The notes: a model not told the origin generated them from the letters alone. A DNA stretch of 63,011 nt, filler included, from Reticulomyxa filosa (GCA_000512085.1; 23 parts of 23 records of this genome joined end to end with filler, not necessarily neighbours in it); one strand, 5' to 3'; counted from the whole stretch's first letter, positions 12,681-26,285 are shown. Program-made: numbers and translations.

Positions 12681-13689
12681 TTTTTGTATTTTTGTATTTT
12701 TGTATTTTTCATTTTGTCATATTACAAACTATGTGTGATGTGTAGTGTAGGTTTTTTTTTTTTTNNNNNNNNNNNNNNNNNNNNNNNNNNNNNNNNNNNN
12801 NNNNNNNNTTAATTAATTAANNNNNNNNNNNNNNNNNNNNNNNNNNNNNNNNNNNNNNNNNNNNTTGAAGTTATGAACTGCCAAGGAGTTACTATCCTTT
12901 GTTTTAGGTGAGAAACTCTCAAAATTTCTGCTACACACCATTTTTAACATTACTCGAAGGGGGCCATCCCTAGATCAAACAAAATAAGTGAACGAAAACT
13001 TCGATTTTTGCTTTAATAAGTTCAAAAAATGTTCATTTGTTAAATTTAAAAAAATATATAAAAGTGATTCATTTTGCTTTCAATCGCATTTATTTACTGT
13101 TTTTAATTGTTTTTTTCAATATTTCTGAAGGTTAAAAAAAAGCTAATTAATAGGAAAAAAGAAAAAATGAAATTATTGTAATTTCTTGATTAATTTGAGA
13201 ACAAATAAAAATAAGAAATGGAATGGCTATTGTCCAAATATGCATTGAACTAATTACACATAAGCTGAACGTTTTAGTTGTTGAAAATAAATTGGTACAA
13301 AAAGAGAATCCCAGATTGATTAAACATGTAAATTACCCAAAACATTCGAAAATATTTGTTGAGAATACGCAAGATAATATTCAAGAGAATAGTTCCTTTT
13401 TTTGTATGAAACCTTAACGAAACAAAAAAAAGAAAAAATATCATATCCAATGATAACAAGATCTCATTGTCATAACTTTGAATAAATGAAATAAAAAAAA
13501 ATATGAGCAAATTTTACCATTGTTATTAAAGCGATTTAACAAATGGATTGGCTCTCACTTTTATTTTTCTTATTACACACCAATTTTTAATTCATGTTTC
13601 GATAATGTCAACAATATTACTGTAAATTTTTCAACTTTTCCTGATAATTCAGATTTTAAATTATTGATAAATAATATCTTCAACTTATA

Positions 13690-15140
13690 TATTGTCCTGT
13701 AGAATATCAATTCCAATCGCGCAATCAATGCACATGACATTGCAATTTTACCAGCGTGATAGCTTAGCAATGTCAAATGCAACACGTCCATGTGGAGATT
13801 GGTACAAATACATTTGTCCATCCAAATGATCATACTACATTTCATAACCAAAAGAATCACATTTATGTTAGCATTGGCACCGTTATTATGACTGCTGTTT
13901 CTGTTATTATTGCTGTGGACTTCAATTTCCAATAGAGTAAATTGGCCTTCTTAGTGAAAGTGTTTTCATCCTCTTTTTCCAATATTTGTGCTTGGTCTGG
14001 TGATGTCATTGTCTTTGTGAGGACATTATTCTGCGACTGCTTCCTCAATTGATCAACAGCTTAGAGTACTTTGTCTTCAAATACTCCAAAGTTAGTTTAC
14101 ACGACATTGCCCACCAGCTAACACACTCCGCCGTGCTGTTCCATCACCAAGATGTGATCAAAGTATTCCAAAAACAAAAAAACTATACATTGTATGTATA
14201 TTTTATTATTTGCGGGATTGGTGTTATTATAAAAAAAAATCTAAAAGAACTTAGTACTTTTCGAAATGAGTAACAATTGCGCTTGCACACCCATTTGTTC
14301 TTGCAAAGTGAACACCCGAGCCAGACAAACTCCACGAATGAAATACGCGAGTGGAATGGACAATACAAGCAGTACACCGTGACACAACGAATGATCATGT
14401 GTTAAAAACATTTGGATAACGTAAAAGAATGACGCGCGGAACATTAGCATATGAAATAAATTCCATAATGTCATCAACACATTAAATGAAAACCATTCAT
14501 CTTTTGAATCTAGCATTTTCAAAGACTACTCACTAATTTTTGTTTTTTTCAACGCACCAATCATTTCTCATTAAATGTTGTTGAAAAAAAAAAAAGGATG
14601 CTTGTATATGGAGATGTGATCGTTACTATGGTCAAAAAAAAAAAAGATTGGATACACAAAACTCAATAGGCTTGTATAGATCTCCGTTTTCCAATTTTTC
14701 AAGATCCTCTTCGACAGTACCCAAACTTGACACTTTTTTTTTTTTGGAACAATTTAGAATGTTCAATAAATTTAAACTCTACACCACGTCGATTTAATCT
14801 TAATATTCTACTCCTTAATGTGTGTAATGAAAAGATCTCAATTACCGCTTTGACTGAAAACTGATTGTACAGATAATTAAATCTTGCGAATGGGCTTACC
14901 CAAATCTTCCTGCTCCAAAGGATGATCTCTTCCCGTCCAAATTAATGGCCACATATACAAAAAAAATCATATTTTGATAACTTTGATGCTTCGTCAAAAT
15001 ATGTTGTTATGTTCTCATCATCTGTTATACACACCCAGATCATTTAACAGTAATCATCCATGTTGTAGAAGTTTGATCTGTTATGTTGTTTGAAGATAGA
15101 AGAGCCAAATCACATTTGTAATGCTCAAGAGAATTTTTTC
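13690..15140 (-). pseudogene. Decayed coding relic(s), unidentified
   Basis: Coding-like fragments with a probable intron (~14183-14257) and many stops and frameshifts. Confidence 0.3.
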
Positions 15141-16500
15141 TAAAAAAGGGAAAACTTTTTCTCTTCCAAAGAAAAATCGTCATTCAAGTAAAAAGTAATT
15201 GTTCATTCAAAAAAAAATTTTAATTTTGAATTATCTGTTGTTAATCTTTTTTTGGAATCACAAATGAATAATATCCAAAAATTTTAACAATTATTTTTTT
15301 AAAGTTGTTTTGTCAAAAATGTCAAAATATTAAAAAAATGCAAATTTGGAATCTTTTTTATAAGTATTTATGAGTTGTGCAATTACGTCTTGTTGAAAAA
15401 AAAAGGGGGGTTTTTTTTTGGTTGTATCTGTACAAGCTCACAATTAGGGCGTTAAACGCCCGTTCAACTGGTATGTTTTGTTATGTACTTTTTCAACTTT
15501 AAAAAAAGTGGTGTTGTTTTTTGAACAGCAGTCCACTTTCAAAAAAATGGTTTTTTTCTTTGGGTGCTGTGCATCCTTCAACAAAAGAAGAAGAAAAGTA
15601 AGAAATGGGGTAAGGCCCCCGTCTCCTCAAGGAGAAAACAAAGTTTGTTATATATATATATTTTTTTTTTTTTTGACATAATAAAATGTTTGTGTTTTCA
15701 ATAATAGAGCCGCAACCCGTCTATTCAAAAAAAACTTTACGTCCCAAATCCCTCCAAAAGAAAAACTTTGGGGTTGAAGCTACTCCGTATTCAAAAAAAG
15801 ATCAAAGAGTTTGCATTTATTTTTTTTTTTCATTTTATTTTATCAAATGTTTGATTTGTTTGTTAATAGGCATGCCCCCCCATCAAAAAAAATATATATA
15901 ATTTGTTCCCCTCCCCCCCCCCTCTACTTGTGGCAAAGAAAAATTTATAGAAGATTGGATTTGAGCTTTTAGCTCCAAATACAAAGTTTGTTTTTGTTTT
16001 TTTTCTTTAAAAAATAAAAAAAATTGTTTTATTTTTTGATGTGTTTATAGAAGTCGAAGCAAAACAAGATGAAAGTTTTTTTTTGATATTGAAAAATTTG
16101 GGGAAAAAATTGGTGGAAAGGGATTATGGGAAAAAATAGGGGGAAAAAGGGAGTGTGGAAAAAAAATTGATGGGGGAAAATTGGAAATTTTTTTGGAAAA
16201 ATGAAAAAAGAGAATTAGAAAATAAGAATGAAAAATAAAAAAAAGATAGAAAATAAAAAAAAAAAAANNNNNNNNNNNNNNNNNNNNNNNNNNNNNNNNN
16301 NNNNNNNNNNNTTAATTAATTAANNNNNNNNNNNNNNNNNNNNNNNNNNNNNNNNNNNNNNNNNNNNTATTTGTTTCCATTGCGAAATCTGAATTTTATT
16401 TTCTTTCATCAGTGTGCTTTTGACAACCCCTTCTTTGGTCTTTAAAAAAAAGTCAATCATTTTTCCCATCTTGCGTCATCTAAAAAAAAAAAAATTAAGA

Positions 16501-17391
16501 ATGACCACTCATAGCAATGAAAAACAAACTTCAATTCGATCAAATTTGGTAAACTTTGTTTCAATCTTTCAGAAAGTATATTATCATTTTGCTGTGATTG
16601 AAACAGCCAAAAGAAAAAGAGATCCAATTAATTATTCAATATTGGATTCGAACATTAAAAATTAAATTAGGATGGATTAATGATTTTGATAACCTTGTCG
16701 TACACTATGTTATGTCTTTTTGTTGTTTGCTTTTTCCTTCATTAACAAATATTTATTTATTGTTACAATTTAACACAGGCTGGTACGATCTTCATGCTTG
16801 ATACATTCCTTTCATCATCCAAATTACTCAATACATTCATTGGACATACTAATAAGGTGTGGAGTATTGATTATTCAACATTTGATGATTGTCAATTCAT
16901 TTATTCTGGATCAAGTGATAATACAGTTCGTGTATGGGATATAGAGAACAACAAACAAATTCAATCATTTCATGGACATGCAGATGCTGTAGGTTGTGTA
17001 AAATTTTCTCCATATCATTATCATGATAATCGTCGTCATGTCATTTGCTCTTCATCAGATGACACTACTTCTGTGAGGATTGTAAAATATGGATCAGATG
17101 AATTAGTGAATACAATATTATCTGGATCATGGGATCAAAGTGTTCGTATGTGGGATATTCGATCTGATCGACAAATTCAAGCGTTCGATGGACATACAGG
17201 CCTTGTGAATGTTGTCGAATATTCGCCATTTGTAGTAGATAATATCGAAATTGGTGGTAATTCAAATGTGATATGTTCTGGATCAGATGATAATACAATT
17301 CGATTTTGGGATATTCGATCAAATAGGATTGAATTATATTTATTCAATGGATATAAGAAAGAAGATAATGGAATAATGTGTTTAAAATTTG
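16501..17391 (+). CDS. WD40-repeat protein with N-terminal 'WIR..GWIxDF' box; spliced, 3'-truncated, probable internal deletion
   Basis: MTTHSNEK..|PKEKEIQLIIQYWIRTLKIKLGWINDFDNLVVHY|..GHTNKVWSIDYS..VRVWD..GHADAV..VRMWDIR..IRFWDIR. Introns ~16548-16606 and 16709-16778. Confidence 0.85.
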
Positions 17392-17491
17392 NNNNNNNNN
17401 NNNNNNNNNNNNNNNNNNNNNNNNNNNNNNNNNNNTTAATTAATTAANNNNNNNNNNNNNNNNNNNNNNNNNNNNNNNNNNNNNNNNNNNN

Positions 17492-17526
<35 letters not shown>

Positions 17527-17565
17527 GTATGTATTTGGGTAATTGTGGTGGGGAGAAAATAGCAG

Positions 17566-18999
17566 ATTCGGATGAACTGCAACGGAAAATCTGGAAAAAC
17601 AATGATATATGGCCTGCCATCAGTCGGCAGATATTCGTGATAATATACCAGTGGACATATTGCACCAATGTGATGTGATTCACTTTGCGGCGTCGAGATA
17701 CAACCACTTCAAATTGGACGACTTCCCGGTCTTTGACGTCGTCCAGTTTTTCATTCCGGCTAAGTACATACGAGACGCTGTCGACCAATTTATCCATCAA
17801 AAATTCGGACACAAACAAGACTATCGAATCGCCGTTCACAGAAGAGCAATGAAAGAAGGAGGTTACAATACAAAACAAAACAAAGCAAAAAAAAAGCTGA
17901 TTTTTTTTTCTTCTTCTTCTTCTTCTTTTGAAAAAAAAAGGAGTGACTCCATCTTTCATGGCTCTTTTATATAAACATCTCAACTAATTTGGAGATTATG
18001 TAAAACAAAAAAGGAGAAAAGGAAACTATAACGACACATAAACACGGTATGTATGTATGTGGTGTGTGTGTGTGTGTGTGACGAAATTTTTTTTGCTATC
18101 GAAAATGGAATGACGAAGGAACTGACGTAATAACAAAGTCGCCATATGTGTGTCGATACTACCACAAATCGGCAAGCAAGTCTGGGTATTATAGTTATCT
18201 GCGAAGTATGGTGGAACGCACGATAAAAGGGCATTGGTCAGACAAATGGAGCAAGGATGTGGACCTTTCGGACAAGCCGTCAGATTGGACATTGGAACAG
18301 TATATTGCACAGAAGAGCATGGCAATATTGGACATGTACGATCGCACATGCGCAATGAACATGTCGGACATTGACCAGATCTTGAGATTTCATAAACAGA
18401 CCCCATTGCGTTCATCTCCAGATATAGAGCCTTTCTTTTTGGCGACAGATGGACAAGAGCCGGAGATATTGCAGCAGTGGTTGCAATATCATGGAGCCAT
18501 AACAAGTCATGGAGGCGTGGAAGATGCTCGTCGACAAAAAGGTCGTCCAAGTTGGTCGCAATCCACTCGCTTGTATAAAATATACAATGAACAAGGACGA
18601 CAATGTGATGTGACGTATACGTATTATTTGCAAATGGTGGCCAATGGCTCCATCTCTCACAATTGGAATCGTCCGGATGTCATTAAACAACAATACAAAC
18701 GTGATTTGACAACTGGCTCCAAATTTGCGGATTATATCCAAGAAGTGGATGCTTATTGGACAGAGCTGGCGATATTTGATATGTGGATGCTGCGGCATGC
18801 GCAATTCTTTATTGGGTCGTGGCATAGCACTTTGACACGCACTGTTTGCCATTGGAGAGGCTTCCAGCAAATGTTTGAGGGATCCAATTGCTATCTCAAT
18901 CATAAATGGAAGCTCACCGATACCAATGCTTCTTATCAGTCTTGGTTCGATTTAAATGCTGTTCATAAACCTTTACTTACATGGCGTATGGAGCAGTAG
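17566..18999 (+). CDS. O-fucosyltransferase-like (GT-B, O-FucT/POFUT family), 5'-truncated; intron 17862-18118
   Basis: Motif I RIAVHRR, motif II FFLATD, motif III DMWMLRHAQFFIGSWHSTLT. The splice gives MKEGG|TDVITK in frame. Probable 1-nt frameshift near 17625. Confidence 0.75.
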
Positions 19000-20837
19000 C
19001 TCCAATTCTCGATTGACTCTTTTTTTTTTTGGATTGTTGATTTTAAAGTTTAATATTTCGTTTTTGTTGAAAATTATCTTTTTTCAATTATCAATTCACT
19101 TTCTTTTAAACTCTTTTTGGGAACAAAAATGAATAAAAAAATGTAATAAAAATTTCCAAAAAAATAAATGGACATGATATACTGAAATAATTCCAACAAC
19201 TTCGGGAAAATGTTATTGAAGGAATCAGAAAGGGGTAAAATGTGGTGAACTGTAATCAAAATTGTAAATGTTTTACTTTTTGTTGATGATAAGTTTGTTC
19301 TGTATGATAAATATTCATGCACTTATATGTTTTCGATAACAAGACACTTTTGTTTTGATACTTGTAATTAAGTTGTTTTTCTGAATCACAAATAATATGT
19401 TGTCAAAAATTTGAAATACAAATTGTTTATTTTTTTTAAGTTGTCCTGTTTAAGATGTAAAATATTTTAAAAATGTAACTTTAACATCTTTTTTTGTTTC
19501 TTCTTTGTGAATATTTAGATTTACATGTCACATTTTCTTTTATTGTCGCTGTTTTGCAATTTTGTAAGCTGGAGTTGAGCATCATTGCATTATGCGTTTG
19601 TTATGACATTCCCTCATTGTAAAAAGCGTTTTTGGCTGTTTATTTGTCCAACCATCCAAAATTATTTTAGATGTGTTTGCATCAACATAGAAAAAAGCTA
19701 AGCAACCCAGCAATATGTACGTTTTTTTAAGTGCAAAACATATTTTGTTTGTGGGTGTCTAGACGTTTCACAGACAAGCCAAAAGGATTTTTTTCCAAAA
19801 AAAAAAAAGTATTTGGAAAAGAATTTAGTGATAAGAAAAAAAGAAATAACAAAAAAAAATGTTCTCATTTCTTTTATTTTTCATTTTTTATCTTAGGAGG
19901 AAAAAAAGAGTATGGAGAAAAGAATTGTACAAGAAATAAGAACAAACTTAAAAAAAAGGCAACAAAATAAAAAAATTTCACGTTTTTGTCACTTTTCTCA
20001 AACTTTTTTAAACAATGTCTTGGATGCCAGCAAATACTATTGAAGAACACCAAACCACTTACTGCTTTACACTGCCAATTTCGACCGACTAGACTCAGAA
20101 GATTAATAAATCATACACATTTAACATTATCAAAACAAAAAAAGGGTTTTTAAAATTTTAATATTTTTTATTTTTTTCAAACAATGTTTAACTTGATTAT
20201 AATTGCTTAAATGTTCATTATTTTTTATAAAATATATATTTAAGCATTTTTTTAGTTGTAATCAACAGTTTAAAAATGTAATTGAAAATTGAATAATTTT
20301 TTGCAACAGAATAAGAACGTATTTTTTAAGGAAAAAAAGAATTTACATTTTAAAAGCATTTAATTTAATATTTCCTTTTCTACACAATAAAAACCAGGTT
20401 TTTAATTGAAAGGGAAGAACGAAGTTCAATTGTGCAAAAAATTAACCGATGAAAATATTTATGATGAACTATGTTCACTTGATTATTTAAAACTGTCCAC
20501 TGAGAAGATGTCATTGTATTACCTAATAACTAAAAAGAGAAAACAGCTGTATATTTTCCGAAAAGTAATTTTGCAAACAAAACAGTCTGAATTAGAAAAT
20601 TTCACACCAAACTATTTCATAAAAATTATCAATCCTTTTTGGATAAAGATTTAGTCCTAACAGAATTGAATTCATGTATTTTCATGTTTATAAATGTTAA
20701 CAAAATGAAGATTAAATTTTTGTGATCATTTTCATTCAAATGATGTAAAAAAACAACAGCTGTTCCTTAAAGTAGAGTTTCAGGCTGTCCTTTTTTTTTT
20801 TTGAAGAAAAACGATTTGTCTTAATACAGAAACGCTA

Positions 20838-21708
20838 ATGTTGGTTTTGGATGATGAAGGAGAAGATAAGAACCTGGAAAACGAAAGAGAAACGTTTTCC
20901 AGCTCTGGTTGTTATGCTAAAGCTTGGGTTTTGTTGACAAATGATTCACAGAAGCTGAACAATTTATTCTGTTGTCTTTGCAATCAGATTGCAAATAATG
21001 CAGTAGAATTACAATGTAATGATCACGAAAATGTAGAACAAGCATATTTGGCCGGAGAAGAATGTCTACAAACTTACTTAAAACAAAACAATGAAAAATG
21101 TCCAATTGGACAACATGATCATTGTGAATTTTCGAAAAGTAAGATTACAAGGCAGCAAGTTTCAGATTTGTTGGTGATTTGTCCTCGTCAATATGATATG
21201 CAAAAAGAGCAATCAAACGAAGGAATAAAAACAGGAGAAAAAGGAGAGTGTGAAAATGAATCAAATTGGAATTTGACAAGTCAATGCAATTTTAAAGGAA
21301 AAATAAAGGAAATGAAAGATCATTTGGATAAATCGTGTCAATTAATTTCAATTCATCAAACATTTTCATTACAAATAGTTTTGTTAGTTGTTTGTATTTT
21401 TGTTTTAAAAATTTAAATTAATAAATAAACAAAAAAAAAAAAAAAAAAAACAAAACAGAAAGAGTTAAAAGAAATGCAAACAGAAATTAAAAGACTGAAA
21501 GCAAATGACGACGAAAAAGGCAAACAAATTCAACAGCTTAATGTATATATTTCTATTTTGTGAGTTACTTTTGTATATTAATCCATTATCACTTTGATTT
21601 ATTAAAATGAAATAGAGACAAGTCAATGATTTACAACATGAATCAGTGAAAAAAGATTTACAAATAGTTGAATTGACAAATAAAACCCAGCAATTGAAAT
21701 CAGAATTG
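20838..21708 (+). CDS. RING/TRAF-type zinc-finger plus coiled-coil protein (foraminiferal expanded family), 3'-truncated
   Basis: CCLCNQIANNAVELQC..H..GEECL..KCPI..H; VICPRQY..CNFKGKIKEMKDHLDKSC. Introns 21378-21458 and ~21543-21614 lead into coiled-coil exons. Confidence 0.8.
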
Positions 21709-21808
21709 NNNNNNNNNNNNNNNNNNNNNNNNNNNNNNNNNNNNNNNNNNNNTTAATTAATTAANNNNNNNNNNNNNNNNNNNNNNNNNNNNNNNNNNNN
21801 NNNNNNNN

Positions 21809-23475
21809 TTGAAGACAAGGCACGAGTAACAGAAGAAGTAAATGAAGATGAGGACGAAGACAGAAAAGCCGAACATGGACGCTCAAAAAGCATGGTGGTG
21901 AATTTAGTTGATGTGGTTGGTGATCGAATTCGGGCATTGTGAAACAAAACAGGCATTGCGTGTTGAACTTTCCAACGAAAAACTTTTTGAAGTCTAGCAG
22001 AACAGTTGGTATCCTAATACAACCTGCGGAACTGTGCGAGAAAAGACTTATTTCAAAGTTAGTTTGTGTATTTATTCTTGTTTTATTTTAATTTCATCTT
22101 ATTGTATTCTAGTGCGCTCCTGATAGAACTTTATTGTGGAGAATCTAGGAACAGTTGTATGATTTATTTATTTGTTTTAAAAAAAATAATAAGTACTTGA
22201 TTATTGTTGGATTTTATTTTGATGTAGGAAAGCAAACTGATGACAACAACGATGACGATCTCTGCAATTGCCATATTGTAGTCAGAAAACATCACATACG
22301 ACCCTCCAATTGAAATCATTCAAGCCCAACGATCGCATAATCTTCATCAATGGAGATAATAGTTGTTGATCAAACACATTGGTTGTCCTCCATTTTTTCA
22401 AGGGCAAAGTTATGGGCATTAAACTAGATTTGTCTTTTTTAGAAACAATTTTTTTTATATGTAATAATATTTTGTCTTTTCTTTATAGATCTATTGGTTC
22501 CTGGTGCTCATGATTGCACGTACAACCAATGCTGATGCTTTCAGGTGTTTTTTTTAGTCTTGTTTTTGTTGTGCAATATTTGTTTGAAGTTAAAGGACAT
22601 GTGGCAATTGAACTTTGTTTGACGAAAATATCTCTTCCTTTGGGACACTACACTTTACACTCAAATCAAATTACTCTCAATTGATACCATTCAATTGATT
22701 CCGGAAATGAAACCAGAGCGATAGCCCACAGCGACGACGAAAAGGGAAGAAAGCAAATACAGTGCAGATTGACACGAGAAAAAAAGTAGTTAATCTGATT
22801 TTTTTTTGTTTTTTTTTTAAACGATATGCAATGCTGGATTTTGAAATTTGAAAAAATAGAAAATACAATAAATTGGAAAAGATACGAATGTAGAGGACGT
22901 ATACGGCATTGAGCTGTATATTTGTGCGAAAAAATGCAATTAAAAACGGTAATCGACGAAAACGACATTCCAAAATACAGCATTGAAATTGAACAGTGGA
23001 CGTCATGGATACATTAAAAAAAATGCTGAAAACACGGACGAATGAGAAATTTATGTGATCGAGATCGACGTGTGGATCGGAGAACCAATAAACTCCGAGG
23101 TCGAACGAACAAGGCACTTCAGTGTGAATCATTGACATAGCATAGCTCGCTCGAACGAGTGGACGGAATCGGAAAAAAGCGACGATAAGTCTCTTGATTG
23201 AGTGAAACTAGAATTTACAAATAGCATGGCCACAATCCGTTTCATTAGCACAATGTACTTTGCAATAGAGCAAGAAGATAAGTGTGAAGAATGGGGCAAG
23301 CACGATGGCAGTATAAAGGAATACACTACTTTATATGTCCACCAAAGCAAGGATTGTTTGTGAAAGCAGTAAAATGTCGCCGCAACGATGATCCGAGTCT
23401 CCATATTATGGGCATCGTCCTTTCAAATATTGAAGTTATGAAGCCCTACTATAGGAGCTTACAAAAGCGCCAGCA
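21809..23475 (+). pseudogene. Multi-CAP-Gly domain gene relic
   Basis: VGDRIRAL*NKTG; FKPNDRIIFING..FKGKVMGIKL; GKHDGS/(fs)KGIHYFICPPKQGLFVK. Many stops and frameshifts. Confidence 0.7.
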
Positions 23476-23865
23476 NNNNNNNNNNNNNNNNNNNNNNNNN
23501 NNNNNNNNNNNNNNNNNNNTTAATTAATTAANNNNNNNNNNNNNNNNNNNNNNNNNNNNNNNNNNNNNNNNNNNNAATAGTATTGGCAAAGAAAAGAAAT
23601 TTGGTTACTTAACAACTTCATTTGGCCACAACAAAAATAATTTACAAAAAAAAATGATTAAGTTTAGATTTTTTGTATTTTTGTGGAGCTTTTTCAAATT
23701 TTTGTGTAATTGATACGCTGTTTCTAAAGAAATATGCCATAATCAAAAGAAAGTAATTTTATGTCGCTTTTTTTTTTTGTTTAAAAAAAATAGAAGACAC
23801 CTAATAAAGAATAAACATACAACTTGCAAATACATATGTGTGTATACATAAATCGTACTAAAGAT

Positions 23866-24398
23866 ATGGAATGTGGGATATGTACACAAATGTACGTAGC
23901 GCCAGTGACATTGTGTTGTGGACATTCATTTTGTTATATGTGTTTGAAGGAGTACAGGGAGCAAAGCGGCAATTTGCGAATAGTCAAATGTCCCATTTGT
24001 CGAAGCAAAAACAAAATTCCCGCGATTGATAGAGATATTTCGATTAACTTTGCTTTGCAATCATTGATCGAAAAGGTGAATCCATATTCATTGGACGAGC
24101 AAGGCTTGATCGATTACAAACAGATATATCAGCAATATCTGGTATGTTTTGTTTTTATTGTTGTTTATTGTCATTGCTGATAAAATATGTTCGAATTGTT
24201 TTCATACAATTTATTACGAGTTTTTTTTTCCAAAATAAAAAAACAAAAAAGAACGACCAGCATATTACAATGGAAAGTCGCAGTAACACTAACAACACTA
24301 ACAATAACTCGAGCAACGACATAAATATCAGCGCCGATAGCTTCGTCGTCATCGCCATCGTCATTGTTTTCTATTCACAATTCGCTAGTATTCATTAA
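23866..24398 (+). CDS. C3HC4 RING-finger E3 ligase-like protein; intron 24142-24251; upstream exon possible
   Basis: CGICTQMYVAPVTLCCGHSFCYMC..KCPICR..INFALQSLIE. The splice joins in frame to an Asn-rich exon with a hydrophobic tail. Confidence 0.8.
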
Positions 24399-25059
24399 CA
24401 CGTATTTCTCCAATTCGTCCATTCTACACACCCTTGTCGTCATTTCGTCACAGCAATCGGTAGAAGTATACAGCTTGATTGAGCCAATCCCTTAAAAGTG
24501 TGCAACTTTTTATAAAAATATTTAACTTGTCACAACAAAAATGTCCGTACACAACTCTTTGTATTCATACCATAGATGCACAACCTCGAATAACACACTA
24601 TCAAAGATTTCTTAACCACATTATAATCATTCAAATTTTTTGATTTTGGAAACTGTTGTAAGAATTTGGATATTTTCTATTCGCTTTTCAAAACGTACAT
24701 TGTACAATTTTTCTCATAACAAAAGCTATTCTTTTGGTTTATTGTTTTTCATTCATTTTATCGCCTCTCATCGTAATGAATTTTCATATAAAATACTTTT
24801 ATCTTGATCTAACGTTTGAAATCCTTGAAAAACTCACTACATTCATTTTTATCAGTGTTGCAACTGTTCCTTTTCCAAATTTTTTTTTGGATTGACAAAA
24901 TAAAAAGCTCAATTTGGACTAAAAAATTCACCCTTTTTATTTGCTTTTATTATTGTTATTTTGTATTTTGTGTGTCAGGGGAAAAAAAAAATTTAACATC
25001 AATACATCATTTCTCTTTAAAAGAAATTATGTGAGACAAACATCATTTCCAAAACATTG

Positions 25060-25865
25060 TAGGGCAAGTCTCTAATATATATTACTGAACTTTGAAAGAG
25101 TTGAGAAGCCACCAGTGGGTTAAACTTCTCCACCAACTTTTATTCACTCTTTGTTTATTTTTCTTTCTTTATTGTGTTATTATCTTCCATTTACTTAATT
25201 TACTTTTGTTTTATTGAAAACAGATCTCTTTTTGAGTAAAACTTTTCGTATTACATTTAGCAGCAGACGTTCCATAACATGGAAAATTATGTTTTGTGCA
25301 AATCACGTTCATACAATAATGAATTGAATTTAGTTTTTTGATTTGATGGAATAAATTCAACACCTAAATCATCACTATTTGGTAAATGATTTTTTCAATA
25401 ACAGTTGTGCATTTGTATGTTATTATGAATATATATTTTATTTCCAATGTACTTGAATAATTGGATAATGAGGAAGATGTTCGTAAATATCATGTAATAA
25501 TACATCTGAGTCATTCATTTTTGATATTTTTGATGATGTTTCTGGTTTACATTTGTCAAATTCACATTCAAATAATATTAATTCATTTCCTCCATTTATA
25601 GAATGACTTCTCACTTGTAAATTATGTTGTATTCCTTGTTTGAAAGTGATTGAACATAGACTCAATGGCTCTTTGTGTGTTTCATTTAATTCATCTTTCC
25701 AAATGATATGAAAGAGTTGGACTCCTTTGTGTTTGAAATGTAATTACAATTTAACAATTGAACAATTATCAAATAATTGATAATTTATATTTGATAATTG
25801 GTAATTGATAAAGACATTTGAATGTTTTTGCTTTCATTAACTGATACACAATTTGATAAGTCATC
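25060..25865 (-). pseudogene. Relic of a foraminiferal-specific expanded hypothetical family
   Basis: ..LLHDIYEHLPHYPIIQVHWK.. followed by frameshifted SNQKTKFNSLLYERDLHK. Resembles a recurrent Reticulomyxa family from memory; interrupted by stops. Confidence 0.5.
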
Positions 25866-25958
25866 CTATTTTTAGGTTCAATTGTGCGGAAGTATCAAGT
25901 ATGATTGAGAATGAGACAACCCCATTTAGTGTGTGTTTGAATAATATCAATATGATTA

Positions 25959-26285
25959 TACAGTAGAATGCAAAGTAAAGTTGGCACGTAAAACGGCACC
26001 TTATAGAGATGATTGATTTTCTACATGAAAAAACAACATTCAGGCATAATTTTTTTTAATTAAAAAAAATATCTACAAATCGTGTAGTTTTTAAATATTA
26101 TTTTGGTTTTTTATTAAATCTTTCCTAATTGTTTAAAAAATTGAATATTTCATTGATTTTTGAAAATTTTCGAGAAAAAGGTTAACAATCGTGCCTACTC
26201 GTAACCATGAAACTTGCCAATTTTTTTAATAGCATTTTCAGAACGTCCTCAATGCGTAGATATTTGTAAAAAAAAGATTAGTCTT
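25959..26285 (+). mobile_element. Tc1/mariner-type TIR element (copy B, runs to contig end)
   Basis: TA-CAGTAGAATGCAAAG..CACCTTAT..GATTTTCTACATGAAAAAACAACATT..ATATCTACAAAT..GTAGTTTTTAAATAT. Confidence 0.7.

Noticed and set aside
15560-16267. Spliced Lys/Pro-rich gene
   Set aside because: Exon-like blocks exist, but the sequence is dominated by homopolymer runs and looks low quality; no product can be supported.
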